Shown here: positions 26,504 through 39,742 of the stretch, one piece after another
Numbering within the stretch: position 1 is the first letter of the stretch
Layout of the letters: each line of letters begins with the position of its first letter
Assembly: GCA_965235115.1 (NCBI GenBank)
Contig: OZ249436.1
Coordinates: forward strand, 34,224,001 to 34,288,000
Reading direction: 5' to 3'
DNA length: 64,000 nucleotides
Source of the DNA: Laetmonice hystrix
Taxonomy: Eukaryota
The notes under the pieces: model-generated
What the model was told of the DNA's origin: nothing
Seen by the model: only the letters and a program-made list of their open reading frames with translations
Database searches by the model: none
Position numbers and translations under genes: made by a program

Positions 26504-26542
26504 CCTCCTCCTCCTCCTCCTCCTCCTCCTCCTCCTCCTCCT
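26504..26542. repeat. (CCT)13 microsatellite
   Basis: Thirteen perfect CCT units. Confidence 0.95.
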
Positions 26543-29500
26543 GTCCTCCTCCACATCTCACAGCCTCAATGCTCCTGATATACCACGCTGGCTGCAATCA
26601 ATGCCAGCACTTCCTTGATACCGTGGATGAGTTGCTGCGGTCCCTTGTCGTAGATAGGTGCGATCCGTCCTCCAGGGTGGGCTCCGGGAGAAGATCACTG
26701 CTCCAGTACCGATAGCGTGGCGGGTGGCCTCGTCAATGGCCGCCAATCGTTGTTCTCGACTGCCAATGACATACTCTTATCTCACCTCCTGCACCACATG
26801 GCCCAATACGTACGGCATGGTCACAGATAAGACGCCCAGCTGAAGACGTCACATTAAACGATTTCAAAATGTTCCTATCTGCTGTAGGCGAGGTGATCTT
26901 ACACCACCACCTCCACTTCACTCGCTCAGATACCAAGGTGGAGTTCTGGAAGTGTGACAGCGCTGGTCATGAGAAATCTCGCTAAATAAACCGGACTCTC
27001 CTTGTAAGGTATTATAAGGTTTCTTTAAGAACAGCGGTGGTGGGCTCTGGTAGCATTGGTGTGGAAAGGATTGTAAGAGTAAGCTGTCCAGCTAACAGGT
27101 CTCTTTGCTATAGTATAGCAATGCTCCCGCTTTGTTGCTCAAGTTGCTCAGGTTTTGTTGCTCAAGTTGTTGGTCAAGTATAACATTTGCATAAGATAGT
27201 ACCCTCCTTTCTCATGTGAAAATAAAACTATATTATTTAAAAGAAAAGTGTGTATTATTATGTCTGGTAGAGTCGGGTAACCGGCCGGAACAGTCACGTG
27301 ATCGAGGTAGGACCTGTGGTCAGTCACCGAGTGACCAGTGTCCAGCAGCTCAATGGCCTCCATCTAGACGTGTGGCTCACGTTGCCTGCGGATCCTGGCA
27401 TCCGGCAGCCATCAACGGACAGCCATGTATAGTTATCTTCTTGTTTATAATAAATTTTATTTTTAACAATCATTGCAATAGAGATATTGTGATTCGTGTA
27501 AGATTTTAAAAAATCGCTGTTCTATTGGCATTGCAATAATCTGATATCACCAACCCCTTTACAAAACAAATAGGGCCGAATGTTTTAAATTTACCCAGGA
27601 ATTTCTCATAGATACAGTCGGGTGGAGTAAAGTTACACGATTCGATAGGTTTAAATTACTTCCAGGAGATGTATCCAGACAGTCTGTGTGTGTAGAACCA
27701 GCTCATGAGCGTTATGATAAAATCAGGCATAATTCAGTTCTTTAGAAAGGCACATAGAATTTTTTCATATCTTTTTTTTCTATTACTAAGTGAAGGGTTA
27801 ATTTGGGTGTGTTTTCTTTATTTTCGTGTTGGCCACTGTCCGGGAAGGGCCGTAACACCTGCACTTTCCCAGGCACCATCTGCATGCAGGCACACTCTTG
27901 ATTGGCGGTAATTTGTTTATAGCATGACACGTCGTCTACAGTATACAGCTTCTGTGTTTGAAACAAGGCACTTCTGTGGACGGACAGGATACAGTATCCA
28001 TTGCTCATATATCAACATTAAAAGTCGGCTTGTGAGGGGGAGACGGACGGTGATGTAAGTTTACGGGTTCCCGCTGGAAGGGGATAGGGAAGTTTAACAC
28101 ATCATCAGTCATAAGTGATACAGCCATCTCTGTGGTGTCCGATCTACTCTGAGATCGGAGATTCCTATATTCCTGTTAGCATGTCATGAGAATTTTCAGG
28201 ACTTTTTTATGGAAGGGGGGGGGGTCATGCCAGGAATCGCCCTTGGTGAGCTTTGCTTCCTGCCACTTAGAACCCCCCCCCCCCGCATTATGAACACCGT
28301 AAGTTTTAATAATGCACATGGAAATTCAATATTTCAATTCCCAAGTAAAACAGCCACTCTGGCTGTTATATTGGTTAACCTATACCTATACACGGCCAAT
28401 CTTCACGTTCTCTCTCACTGTCCAACAGATTACACATTGAATCGTGATCCAAATTCGAATTGTAATTGGACCCTAGATACGCAACAGATTATAGTGTCTT
28501 ATTGCTTACATTTATAGAGTTCGTGTAGGAAATGCTTATGCAAATAACATGGCTTCCCCCACAGACCCAAGACGAGGTTTATAGGTTTCAGTGTCAAGAA
28601 GTTATGTCACATTGACCGTCCTGCTTAAAGCATGCCAAATGTCATTGTCTTCTAATGAATGTGTCCTCAGAGTGTCAACTGACTAGTTGTTGAGTGCTGT
28701 GTTCAGGCTATAGTCGTATTTAGACAGACTTGAACCATTTCACATACCCTGGTAGACTAATGCACTCTGGACCCCCAAACACTTACATCATAAACTTGTA
28801 AAGGAAATGTTACCCTTGTGTCGCACTTCACGTATTTACTAATTAAGCTCAAGACATTGACGATTAATACCCACCTTGAGAAGGAAGTCGGAATGCTTAA
28901 TATCCGTTAAGGAATCTTAGATCCCATTTTTCAATTCTAAACAATTAAGTAACGATTTTGCATCTGTTAGGCGTTTGGCATTGGGTTAGAGGTACTTTAT
29001 CACATTCATATCAACACCATTTGATCAATAGATCTAAGTCAGGCTTAGCTTGTCTAGCATATACTCGAAGGGACATTCACATCTCGTACTATCTCCATAG
29101 CAGTTCCTCTCACTAAGTGATTTTATTACCGAAAAAAGTTGGTGCTGTCTGACAGGTAATGGACTTTTCTTCAGGCGTCCTGACATCTCCTTCCTGGCTT
29201 GGCCGCCTTTGCCAAGGTGAAATTACGAGGAGACGAAAAAAATGGAACTTCCATCCGTTTTTTCAGAGATGTGTATATTATGACCGTAGAACGTTTACCT
29301 TGTACGGTTTGTTTTTAATGATTGCTATCTGTGATAAGATTGCTGTTGAAACCAGACAGTCAAAGGTCAGTGAGGTGAAGTGTGATCTGAGCGGAGAGAT
29401 CAAACATCATGGTGACTGACCTCAACTCTGTAGGTCAGGGCCACGACCTGCTGCACAGTATACAACCGTTTCATAATGTCTGTATGCACTGAATGTCGGG

Positions 29501-30644
29501 GATATCAGTTGATATAGCAACGCTACAGTTCACTGCTGAACAGTCACTCAGGTCGCACATCGTGCATGTTTTGGTTGGTACTCTGGTTTCGCTATGTAGT
29601 TACAAATTGGTATTTAATTGGATGTTTATTCCTCTGAACGTTTCTGGACTTCATGCAAGTAGTGCAGTTCGATTTGCAGCAAGTTTTGCAGGCAATCCCT
29701 TTCTTAGCCTCAGCGTTGCATTTGTTCAGCTACACTTTTACAAATCGCTAAAAGTGTGTTTGGTTTCAAAGGTTCCCGTAGTTTCGTTGGTTTGTTTTAC
29801 GTTTAGTTCAGTTTGATTTTCATGACATTTCGCTTTTAATCGGGTTTTCGGATTCTCTCTTTCTCATAAAGGTATTATATCATAACTGTGGCTTTGATCG
29901 GGAGTCTGTGGCTCCGAGAAAAAGAAATGAAAGTCCAAACAGCATGAAAAGTCTTCTTTTGAGTATAAGGTCAAAACCGGCGTTTAACACCGCTTAACAT
30001 GTTCAGAAGACCTTGGGTGGCGTAATGATATACTTAAGAGAGGTTCCTCACATTAAGAGCACTTTGATGCTCTTTCAATATTTATGCCAATGTTTGAATT
30101 CCTGGCCAACAACCAAACTCTTTATGAATGTAGACCACACAGGAGCTGTTTCAATAAACGTCAGACAAGCATAACATTGCGAGCTTTGGTTATAGAAACC
30201 GACGGCGGGTGTTTTAGGCGCTGTGGCCGCGTTCAGGACACAATCCCATCCAGGTGATCGGAGAGATATGATTCTGATAACTTTAATCACATCTGTGAAG
30301 GTTGACATGATTTATACATTGTATCAACTATAATGTTCTTTGGTCTCCTATTGACAATCGACAGGTATGACGCACGGGTTCAATGTTTGTTATCAGAGGG
30401 ACCACAGACTACCCTGGCTGCTAACCTGTCATCTGTTCGGACTGCATAGATAAAAATGAAGGTCCCTTTTACCGCCTTCCCTCCCCCCTCACAGGTCTCA
30501 TACAAACCATTCACCATCCCCCTTGAAATATGCGGGACAGGTTATGTAGTCACGTATACATACAAAGAGATGTAAACCTGACTACATAAAGTAATTCATT
30601 AATCTTTTTTGTTGTTGTCTAGAGCAGAAAGAAAGCCAGCTTAC

Positions 30645-30707
30645 TGCCCGTCTCTCTCCGTTAAAAAGGTGTCAGGGATGAAGAATAGCTTGTCGAGGAC
30701 GTGGTAT
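30645..30707 (-). CDS. Candidate 63-nt exon (YHVLDKLFFIPDTFLTERDG)
   Basis: Acceptor tgtcctcggttccag and donor CA|gtaagc. Only the phase 2-to-2 frame is open, and the peptide has globular-protein-like composition. No homologue was recognised. Confidence 0.38.
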
Positions 30708-30923
30708 CTGGAACCGAGGACAATAGTTTAGGTATAAGATATCAAAACTTTGTAATGTACTTCTTACGTTTGAAGGGGGAGATACCGAGCATACTCTTAT
30801 TGGGACTTTATCCGTGAGATGGGGGTTCTCCATGTACTCCGGTCCGCCCCCCATTCAAACCTGACCCTCCCCCCGACATGCCGCTGAATGTTGCCGAGGT
30901 GTAAACCTCAAACCTAACCTTAT

Positions 30924-31938
30924 AAACGTGGAGATATGAACAATAGGTAAAACTGTCCCGACCAGGAATCTCCCGAACCAGACACAGCAGTGAAGTTGTT
31001 GTGATCCTATTCCAAGAAGCGTGGAGATATGAACAATGAGTAAAACTGTCCTGACCAGGAATCTCCCGAGGAGATCAATAGGTAAAACTGTCCCGACCAG
31101 GAATCTCCCGAACCAGACACAGCAGTGAAGTTGTTGTGATCTGATACCAAGAAGCGTGGAGATATGAACAATAAGTAAAACTGTCCCGACCAGGAATCTC
31201 CCGAGGAGATCAATAGGTAAAACTGTCCCGACCAGGAATCTCCCGAACCAGACACAGCAGTGAAGTTGTTGTGATCCGATACCAAGAAACGTGGAGATAT
31301 GAACAATAGGTAAAACTGTCCCGACCAGGAATCTCCCGAACCAGACACAGCAGTGAAGTTGTTGTGATCCGATACCAAGAAACGTGAAGATATGAACAAT
31401 AGGTAAAACTGTCCTGACCAGGAATCTCCCGAACCAGACACAGCAGTGAAGTTCTTCAGATCCGATTCCAAGAAACGTGGAGATATGAACAATAGGTAAA
31501 ACTGTCCCGACCAGGAATCTCCCGAACCAGACACAGCAGTGAAGTTGTTGTGATCCGATTCCAAGAAACGTGGACATATGAACAATAGGTAAAACTGTCC
31601 CGACCAGGAATCTCCCGAACCAGGCACAGCAGTGAAGTTGTTGTGATCCGATACCAAGAAACGTGGAGATATGAACAAATATAAAACTGTCCCGACCAGG
31701 AATCTCCCGAACCAGACACAGCAGTGAAGTTGTTGTGATCCGATTCCAAGAAACGTGGAGATATGAACAATAGGTAAAACTGTCCTGACCAGGAATCTCC
31801 CGAACCAGACACAGCAGTGAAGTTGTTGTGATCCTATTCCAAGAAACGTGGAGATATGAACAATAGGTAAAACTGTCCTGACCAGGAATCTCCCGAACCA
31901 GGCACAGCAGTGAAGTTGTTGTGATCCGATTCCAAGAA
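30924..31938. repeat. 93-bp tandem array, 10 units; two carry a 42-bp internal duplication and one is 92 bp
   Basis: CGTGGAGATATG unit starts at 30927, 31020, 31155, 31290, 31383, 31476, 31569, 31662, 31754 and 31847. Confidence 0.97.
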
Positions 31939-32742
31939 GCCCAGCCAGAAGAAAAGCGACTTTACGTGTTATCAGACCATAATTCTACTCCCCCTGTTTC
32001 CTTTCTCAGGATCGTATGAGAGAAGTGATATAAATGACGCCTACCCTTTACCCTTTCACATGTTGACAACGTTTTTCTTCCACTTTTTTTCATTCTAGAT
32101 TTTACGATCTTTATAACAATACCTCCTTCATGCAAGCATGATGAAATGTGTAGATAATACACAGGGTAAAGGTGGGGGTAAACAAAGAGGTTGTGTACAT
32201 ATCCCGGAGACCTTGTGAAACCTCACACTGTCCAAGTGAAACGCAAGATGTTGTTATTATGAGGAAAATGAAAACACCGAAATTAAAAGTGAGTGAAATC
32301 TATGTTTGGTATACCATGGAGGGCAAAGGTGAAAATAACTGTTAGTTGGAGGGGACCTGGGATCCTGTGCGAAGTTTTAGTATGCACACACCTACCGAAG
32401 TCTGATCATTCATACTTGAGCTTGAGAACTCCAAGTGATAAGTAGTGCATGTCAACTACAATTATAGTGTCGCGGGGGCACAAAAGATCTCGACACTTCG
32501 TCACATTATACATGCTCCTGCCATCCTACCGTCCGCATACAATTAACATTCTTGATATGTTACACGGGTCAGGGGCCGTCTCATTGTCACCAGTATCTTC
32601 ACAACGTCCACCAACTCACTCACACACAAACACGACCCATGCCACTACACAATACCCGAGCCGTATTTATCCAAACATACCCATTATCCTACCCAACACT
32701 ATACGTCTGTCGGGCATACCACAGGTGGGGCAGAGAACGCAT

Positions 32743-32835
32743 CACCTCTACCCTCCACCCTCCACCCTCCACCTCCACCCTCCACCCTCCACCTCCACCC
32801 TCCACCTCCACCCTCCACCCTCCACCCTCCACCCC
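32743..32835. repeat. (CTCCACC/CTCCAC)n C-rich simple repeat
   Basis: Mixed 7- and 6-mers read directly. Confidence 0.9.
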
Positions 32836-32907
32836 GAACTATTAAGAGCTAGGTAAACGATGGGCCCGACCCCGATGGTAACCGGTCGTGGCCCGTAACA
32901 AACACTT

Positions 32908-33368
32908 GACGGAGAAAGTCTGGGCGGAGAGAGGGGTGTCCCTTCACCAACACCATCATAGGTTGTCAACATTACGGCTAATACCTGACGGAGAAAGTCT
33001 GGGCGGAGAGAGGGGTGTCCCTTCACCAACACCATCATAGGTTGTCTACATTACGGCCTGACGGAGAAAGTCTGGGCGGAGAGAGGGGTGTCCCTTCTCG
33101 AACACCATCATAGGTTGTCTACATTACGGCTAATACCTGACGGAGAAAGTCTGGGCGGAGAGAGGGGTGTCCCTTCACCAACACCATCATAGGTTGTCTA
33201 CATTACGGCCTGACGGAGAAAGTCTGGGCGGAGAGAGGGGTGTCCCTTCTCCAACACCATCATAGGTTGTCTACATTACGGCTAATACCTGACGGAGAAA
33301 GTCTGGGCGGAGAGAGGGGTGTCCCTTCACCAACACCATCATAGGTTGTCTACATTACGGCTAATACC
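32908..33368. repeat. Tandem array of alternating 79- and 73-bp units (152-bp higher-order dimer, three copies)
   Basis: GACGGAGAAAGTCTGGGCGG starts at 32908, 32987, 33060, 33139, 33212 and 33291 (spacings 79, 73, 79, 73, 79). Confidence 0.97.
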
Positions 33369-34989
33369 AACAGAAATTTATCAGCCCCCCCCCCCCCCAC
33401 AACCCCCCCCCCCCCCCCCCGCTTTCCCTACTTGGAGATTACGCTGTGCGGTTATAGAGCCAAGTTTAACTGTCTGGCCTCTTCATACGTTCTCCTGCTG
33501 TATGTCACGGCTAATCTCTGAGGCTATCTAGGTTCCCGCCTGCTTGTATTGATAGACTTGAGATTATACATCGCCTATACAAACATTGTGATATACCAGG
33601 GTACGGCTGCAAAAGGTCGGTTTTTTTTCTTTGTTGAGTGAATTGAAAAAAAGGATCAAAGGTATACTACTTTGACGTTCATGTCGACAGTTCAAAGTGA
33701 CCCCACGGTGCAAGGACTGTTTTTAGGGACACGTGAGAGCCGGATCGATGAGAGTGAGGCCTCTCAACAGGTTCCTGTCTAAACTACTCAAGTGTTTTTA
33801 CCGGTTGAAGAGGATGAAGAAAACTACTGTTGTTGTTGGGGTGTGGGGGGGGGGGTGTGAAACGCCCAGGTCGTTCGTGTACCCCGTATAACACAGCCAC
33901 GTTTAGCAGGGGTCACAACCCACCAACCAACCAATACGACAGCCTGAGGATCCCAGTAGTAGATCACGACACACTATGTGTCATATACCACCGTGCTAGG
34001 GGATCAATTCCCGGGGCGGGGCGGGGGGGGGGTTGACTGTATACATATAGTATATACCTGGCGGTTGGCCAAGCGCGGTCAATGGCCGTGACATTGCCCG
34101 AACCCATCCCAGAGACCCCTCTGTGGCCCGTTGGGGCCAGGAGATCACCCCACGCCATTATGACAGGCGTTGATGCTGATCATATACATTTCTGTGTCGG
34201 CTCACACTGAGGGAGACACCTGTGTACCCCTGACACTGCCATGATGTGTGTAGAAAGGTGCCGGGGGTGCCACCATAGCGCCTTGTAATGTGTGCAATCT
34301 GTCATGTCGAGCCGACCTTTCACTTGATATCAGGTGATTCTCTACTCTTTACCCTAATGATATATATGATACCATTAATCACCCCAAGAACGGTTTCACC
34401 CCGGTATGGATATGTATATCAAATATCACCCCCACAAACTTGCAGAATTAGGCGACCCAATATCGCAAAATCTTTCAAATTTTAACTTTTATAACTCTTG
34501 CTCTTCAAAACTTTATATCAACACAATCTGGTCATTATTAGTTAGTCTTTGTTGGTATTTTTCCTCTTTCGTATTTCTTTTTTCAGAAAAAAAGTGCCTA
34601 AGACCGTTTTAGATTCACACTTTTGAAAATAATAGACGGCAGACTTTTCCAACTCCGAGGTTCCGACTACCAGTGCCCATTATAAATCATTAGAAACGGT
34701 GTAAAGCGTGTTGAATGCCCGACGACCTAAGGAACAGAATTTTTTAGAAAGATAATAAGGGTAAAATACCAGGGTATGTCATAAATCATAAGGTGCTAAC
34801 TTATTGTGTTTGCTGTGTGAAGTAATCCAGGCAGAACTTGTAGTTGTAGATACAGGAAAGTGTACATTCCTAAGATACGATGCTAAGCATACCGTGTACA
34901 TATCTTGAATAAATTTTGTGTATGGGCTTTGACTGGACTTCTAAAGTTACATGAGATAACACTAGAAACTTTCGCACCGTATGTGAAGT

Positions 34990-35180
34990 GTTATCATATT
35001 CAACACGGTTCAACAATTGTTGTAAGATTTGTCTCTAGATATCTCGTTCATAAGGATATAATTGTCGACGTAATAGATAGTAACCACTTTAGGTATAGCC
35101 TTGAAGCCACTCAAAATGTCTTTAACAAGACTCAGTCTTGAAACAAGCTTTAAGTTTGTAATAAAGTCATATATTATCTA
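34990..35180 (-). mobile_element. Possible decayed LTR-retrotransposon RT remnant
   Basis: LVKDILSG...VVTIYYVDNYILM resembles LMDxILxG..xVVYLDDILI. The catalytic motif is degraded. Confidence 0.2.
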
Positions 35181-35779
35181 TAAAAATATCAGAAGAAATG
35201 CTGGTGAGTCATTTAGGCCTCTTTATCTTAGTTGTGCAGCTGAATCAGGTGTTCTGCCCACTCCAACTAAACCCCAGACGGTTTCTCCATTTAAGAACTG
35301 AAAAACCGACATTTTGCTACCTCAGACGTCAGCCTCCACACAATCAAGCCTGCAGTGAATTGGCTACTTTGAGCATTTAGTGATTCAGACATCTGCGAAT
35401 AGAAAGTCGTGCGGCACAATTAGATGTCCTGAACTATGGTCTCCAGTCGTAATGTTACGACGATTCAAAGCCTGAGTCACATTTGAGTTTAATTAGTACA
35501 GTCGAAAGACAAAGAGGCCCTTTTTCTATAAATGTCCAGTGTCATAAGGCCAGATGGATTGGCGGCAATAGCACATGGTAATTGCCATGGGTCTGTATAG
35601 AGTTTCATATGAAAACCTTTTGTTTGTTGAGCGGTTGAATTCGTAAGTGATTAAAAAAGATCTGAGCAGAATGCTAGGATAGGATAGGAAATGATTGAAT
35701 GTCATTATTTCGTGTCCTTTGTCTGCGAATGTCAATCTGGTGCAAATGTTATCAGCAGTATAAGAAGATTGATCAGGAA

Positions 35780-36130
35780 GTCAATTAATTTCCTTTAGCT
35801 GTGAGTTGAGCCATTGCAGGAGCGGTCCCTTCACCACTTGACAGTAGAAGGTCACCAAGTCAGCGAGACTTCATGTTTCAGCCGATAGCTGGCCGCTTTC
35901 TTTTCAAGGCCCCATATAGTGTTCACCCTCCTCAAACCGATCATATTTATCGAGTCAGATGTCGTAAACTTTGTCTGTTTCTAGGCGCACAAAGGAATGC
36001 TGAGTTAATGGCAGAATAGTTGGCGTGGTTGAAGGGGTTTTTTTCTCCTCCACACGAATGATACACCGAGTATGTGACCTTTACCAATTTAGAACGCTGT
36101 GAAAAAGTCGCATGCAAAGATGGCTGGGTG
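35780..36130 (-). mobile_element. Decayed CR1/L2-like RT C-terminal remnant
   Basis: F*IGKGHILGVSFVWRRKKPLQP (cf. FNxxKCHILRVTRKKKP) is followed by KKAASYRL and LADLVTFYCQVV (cf. DLVTFYCxVIRPVLEY). Confidence 0.4.
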
Positions 36131-38154
36131 AACTTGGCCAACCTTTGCAGTGGCAGAGACAAGCGATTTGTCAACAATAGAGAAACATGGATGGGCAGAG
36201 TCAAATGACATGCGCACGTTTGGACATTAATAAAACCGGGCGGCTTCAAAGAAAAACCCTGCTGCCCTCGGAAAATAAGATGTGTGCGGGGCTCTCATTA
36301 TAACATACGCCGAGCAAACAGCTTTTCCATTTTTGTACGACCCTTGTCGTGAGCCACACAGGGGTCATCCACCTGAGACCAAAAGTCTATCAGATAACTC
36401 AACTCAAAGTAGGATGTGGAAAGCGTGTGTTTGAGGCTGATTTTATATTGGGAATGGGAAACTTAAGTTAAACAAATCAGAATCAATCTACACAATATTG
36501 ATGAGTTTTGGTGGTCACCGTTCCATGTCAATTTGGCACATATGATTTCTACATGAGCATGGGAAGAAAAGGTGGTCGCTGGGTTGTAGGTAGATGTGAA
36601 TGAACATATGGTTCGATTACCAGTCTCTACGGCCAATTGAGTTTGTCATTTGTCGTACTCTGCTCGGAATTTGTCTAGCACATGGAAAGGCAGCCTCGCC
36701 ACTTCCTGGTTTGTTCATAAAGCGATATGAGGTTTGGTAAAGGAGAGAAACATTAAGGGGTATTTTGTACTGCTATAGTTCAACATAGGTCAACAAGACT
36801 GTACAGATCGGATAAATTAGTACTTTTGAAAGGTGGGGGGGGGGGGGGTAGTGCTATCTCTGGTTGATGAGCAAGGATTGTTTGTTGTCTTTTTTTCATG
36901 CCATTTACTGTGTGTGTAACATTTTCTAAAAAGCCTTTAACATGATAGATAACACATTCTTCAGTCGTAGTGAATACCTCTGATACGAAAAGATTAAACG
37001 TCTCATGACGTGATGAACAAACGTTAGATACAAGAGGTTTACCTGAATACTGCCACAATCATTATGACATCATTCTACTCTAAATACATTGGCAGGTGTC
37101 CGAAATTTAATGTCTAACCTGTAAGGTAGGGGAGGGGGGTCAGATTAAACGTGTATGTTGTACACAACATCACGTACAATCAGAGCATATAGAAGTGAAG
37201 GTCTGACCTACATGTGCCCCATGGCCTCAAAAGGTCCGACACTCTGGCCCACCGCAGTCTTTTTGGGTCACCCGAAATCTGCTTGACATTAGCAGCATCC
37301 TGTTTGAAACCAAAGACTGGCCATGTCACCTCGAACGCTTCATGGAATGAACAGACAGGCCACTTAAGTGGGTCAGTACAGTTTATGCTTTCTCCCATCA
37401 ATATTTACACCTAGGAAGAAATGAAGAAAATTGGCCTGCATCTCAGTATGAGGACCACCTGCTATCCATCGGGAAACGCTCCGCATTTTTATACTAGTTA
37501 GTACCCCCCCCCCCTCCGTGTGCAGCACATTCCCATCACTAAGGGCTGTCATTATACCATTTATCATTTTCACAAATATCAGAAAGTGTATATGGATGTA
37601 TATTGGTAAGGGGCGGTTTCAGAAAGCAGCGATGGCGCTCAATCACCTGGTCAGTAAAGACAAGCCGACGCCCGACCTGTCCACCCCTGTAATTAGCCGT
37701 CCTGATTAGAGTAGCCAGTGAGGACGTCAATGACCAATGGTCAGAAACCCGAGTCTCTGGACCCACCTCATGACAGATAGCTGCACATATAGGATTCCGT
37801 GCATGGCAAAGCCTGTGGACCAACGCCCTTTTAGTTAACACCAACAGGGCTGTACGTACAGTATACGCGCCGACGGTGTCAGCAATTTTAATGGAACATG
37901 GGACAAATAGTCGTCGTTCACAAAGCGTTCAGCGCCGTGAAAGAGGAGCTCTGGGTGTAGTTGATGGCGGTCATGGTTCAAGGGCCTAACAAATAGGAGC
38001 CATATCTTTGGGAGGCTGACCGATAGGGGTTGGTTTGGACTGACGGTAGGCGGCATCACCAGAACAACCACCACGGATGGTTTCAATAAACCAGACACGG
38101 ACATATATTTCAACCAGACATTCACTCCCGACTCGTTCAGTCACGTACATTTAC

Positions 38155-38184
38155 CTTCAGCAGTGACGAATACTTGGCGTAGTT
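38155..38184 (-). CDS. Candidate 30-nt micro-exon (NYAKYSSLLK or xLRQVFVTAE)
   Basis: Acceptor tctccccttttctag and donor AAG|gtaaat; the length is a multiple of 3. It could be a chance pairing. Confidence 0.18.
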
Positions 38185-39742
38185 CTAGAAAAGGGGAGAC
38201 GGACAGGGCGAACCCCCATGTCATGGAGTTAGAATTTGTAAGAATAGAGGACGTATTAAAATGAAGTTGTGACAGTTTGACTACGTTGGAAAGGGAGATA
38301 CCGAACCTCACTTGGTCTGGTCACATTTGGCACACGGTATATTCAACTGATAAGGTGACCGAATCTGAACAATGAGTAGTATATTATAAATTGTGTGTAT
38401 TATATGTGTATTTAAACATTAGCAGCAGGTCGCAGAGTGATCTCTGATGTGTGAAATATCAGCAGGGGCCCGCTGAGAGTGAGGGCAGGCTGTAATGGGC
38501 AGGCTGCGATGAACCAATGAATCACTGTTATCTTGTCCTGCTGCAGTCAGGGACTGGCTGCGCCCTAGAGGACCAACAAACTTCAGAGCCTGATTACATC
38601 CAGGTGTTGGCATAATAAAGGTGCACATTTGAAAATACGGTGGCTTTGGCAAACTCAGCCAACCCCAACATGATGGGTGCTTCTCCTTGCTATCTGATCA
38701 AGTATACACGCTACGGGACCGTTGGGCATGTCAGACCCTTTCTTTAAAGGTGCATAGAGTTCACCAGGTATAAGGGTGTGCATTTATGATATCTATGGAT
38801 GGAATACCGGTAGGTGAAATAAAAAAAGTAATAGCCCGAGAGTTCAGCTCTGTCAAATAGCAATAAAGGTGCCAAGATGGTTACCATTGGGCGTTGTGTT
38901 GATGTTGGCAGGTGTTTATATACCCCTCCCTGAAACATCCAGTAAGGGGCGAGGTTTTATTATAAACACTGATTACAACAGCATGCCGTCAACATTGAGG
39001 TTGAGCTGGTGGTGGGCGCAGTCTACGCTGGTATGAACGTCCGTCGGGAAGACTACGACTCCAGCTTGTCACTTTATCAGCCGGCACTTGGCAAACGCCT
39101 ATCACCGATCGACCCTTGGTGAGCTGGTCAAACAGTTCGTATGCCAGAGTCGTGGCGCTGGGTGCCAAAGTCAACAGTCGTGCCCACAATCACTATCCCC
39201 GATCTGCTACTCCATCAGGACCTGGAGTAGAGGTGAGCACTGGAGAAGTGAAGAGATGCCCAGGAGGAGTTACGTGCGTACGTGAACCGCCGCCACCTCT
39301 CACAATGCTGAGGCCCCTAAGACAGGGAGCCCCCCGGGGCAGAGGGTAAAGGACTCGTACTGGCTGATGATGGCTACTACCAGCAGCAAGTAGCCACCAA
39401 GTGGGAGTAAAGAGCAGAAGCAATCATTACCACATGTACTTCTTGCGCTCCAAATGTCTGGTGGACTCGCCAATGATTTGAACGGTGTTTTGAGCGTTCT
39501 CTTTATCGTCGAATGTACTCGGAATCAACATTATCTTTTTTCTGAGTGATCAACACATCAAGGGTTGTTACATAATTTATAGGTCGTCAATTACATGATG
39601 CCCATCATCATGACTGTCCTTCTCCGTCACAAACTTAGAATAATACGAAAGGTGGAAACTTGTTTTACAAATCTTGTTTAGCACTTCCTGAAATCTCTAC
39701 CCCTTATGCTGCGACCGACGGGTAGAGTTGACTGAAGACAAG

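Noticed and set aside
25947-26715. Poly-Ala, poly-Leu, poly-Pro and poly-Ser ORFs
   Set aside because: These are alternative readings of the (CAG)n and (CCT)n microsatellites.
26800-26850. MPYVLGH as a zinc alcohol or sorbitol dehydrogenase motif
   Set aside because: It lacks the GHExxG signature.
26540-30310. Harbinger transposase fragments at about 26.6 kb and 30.1 kb
   Set aside because: Only loose resemblance; the DDE motifs and their spacing were not recovered.
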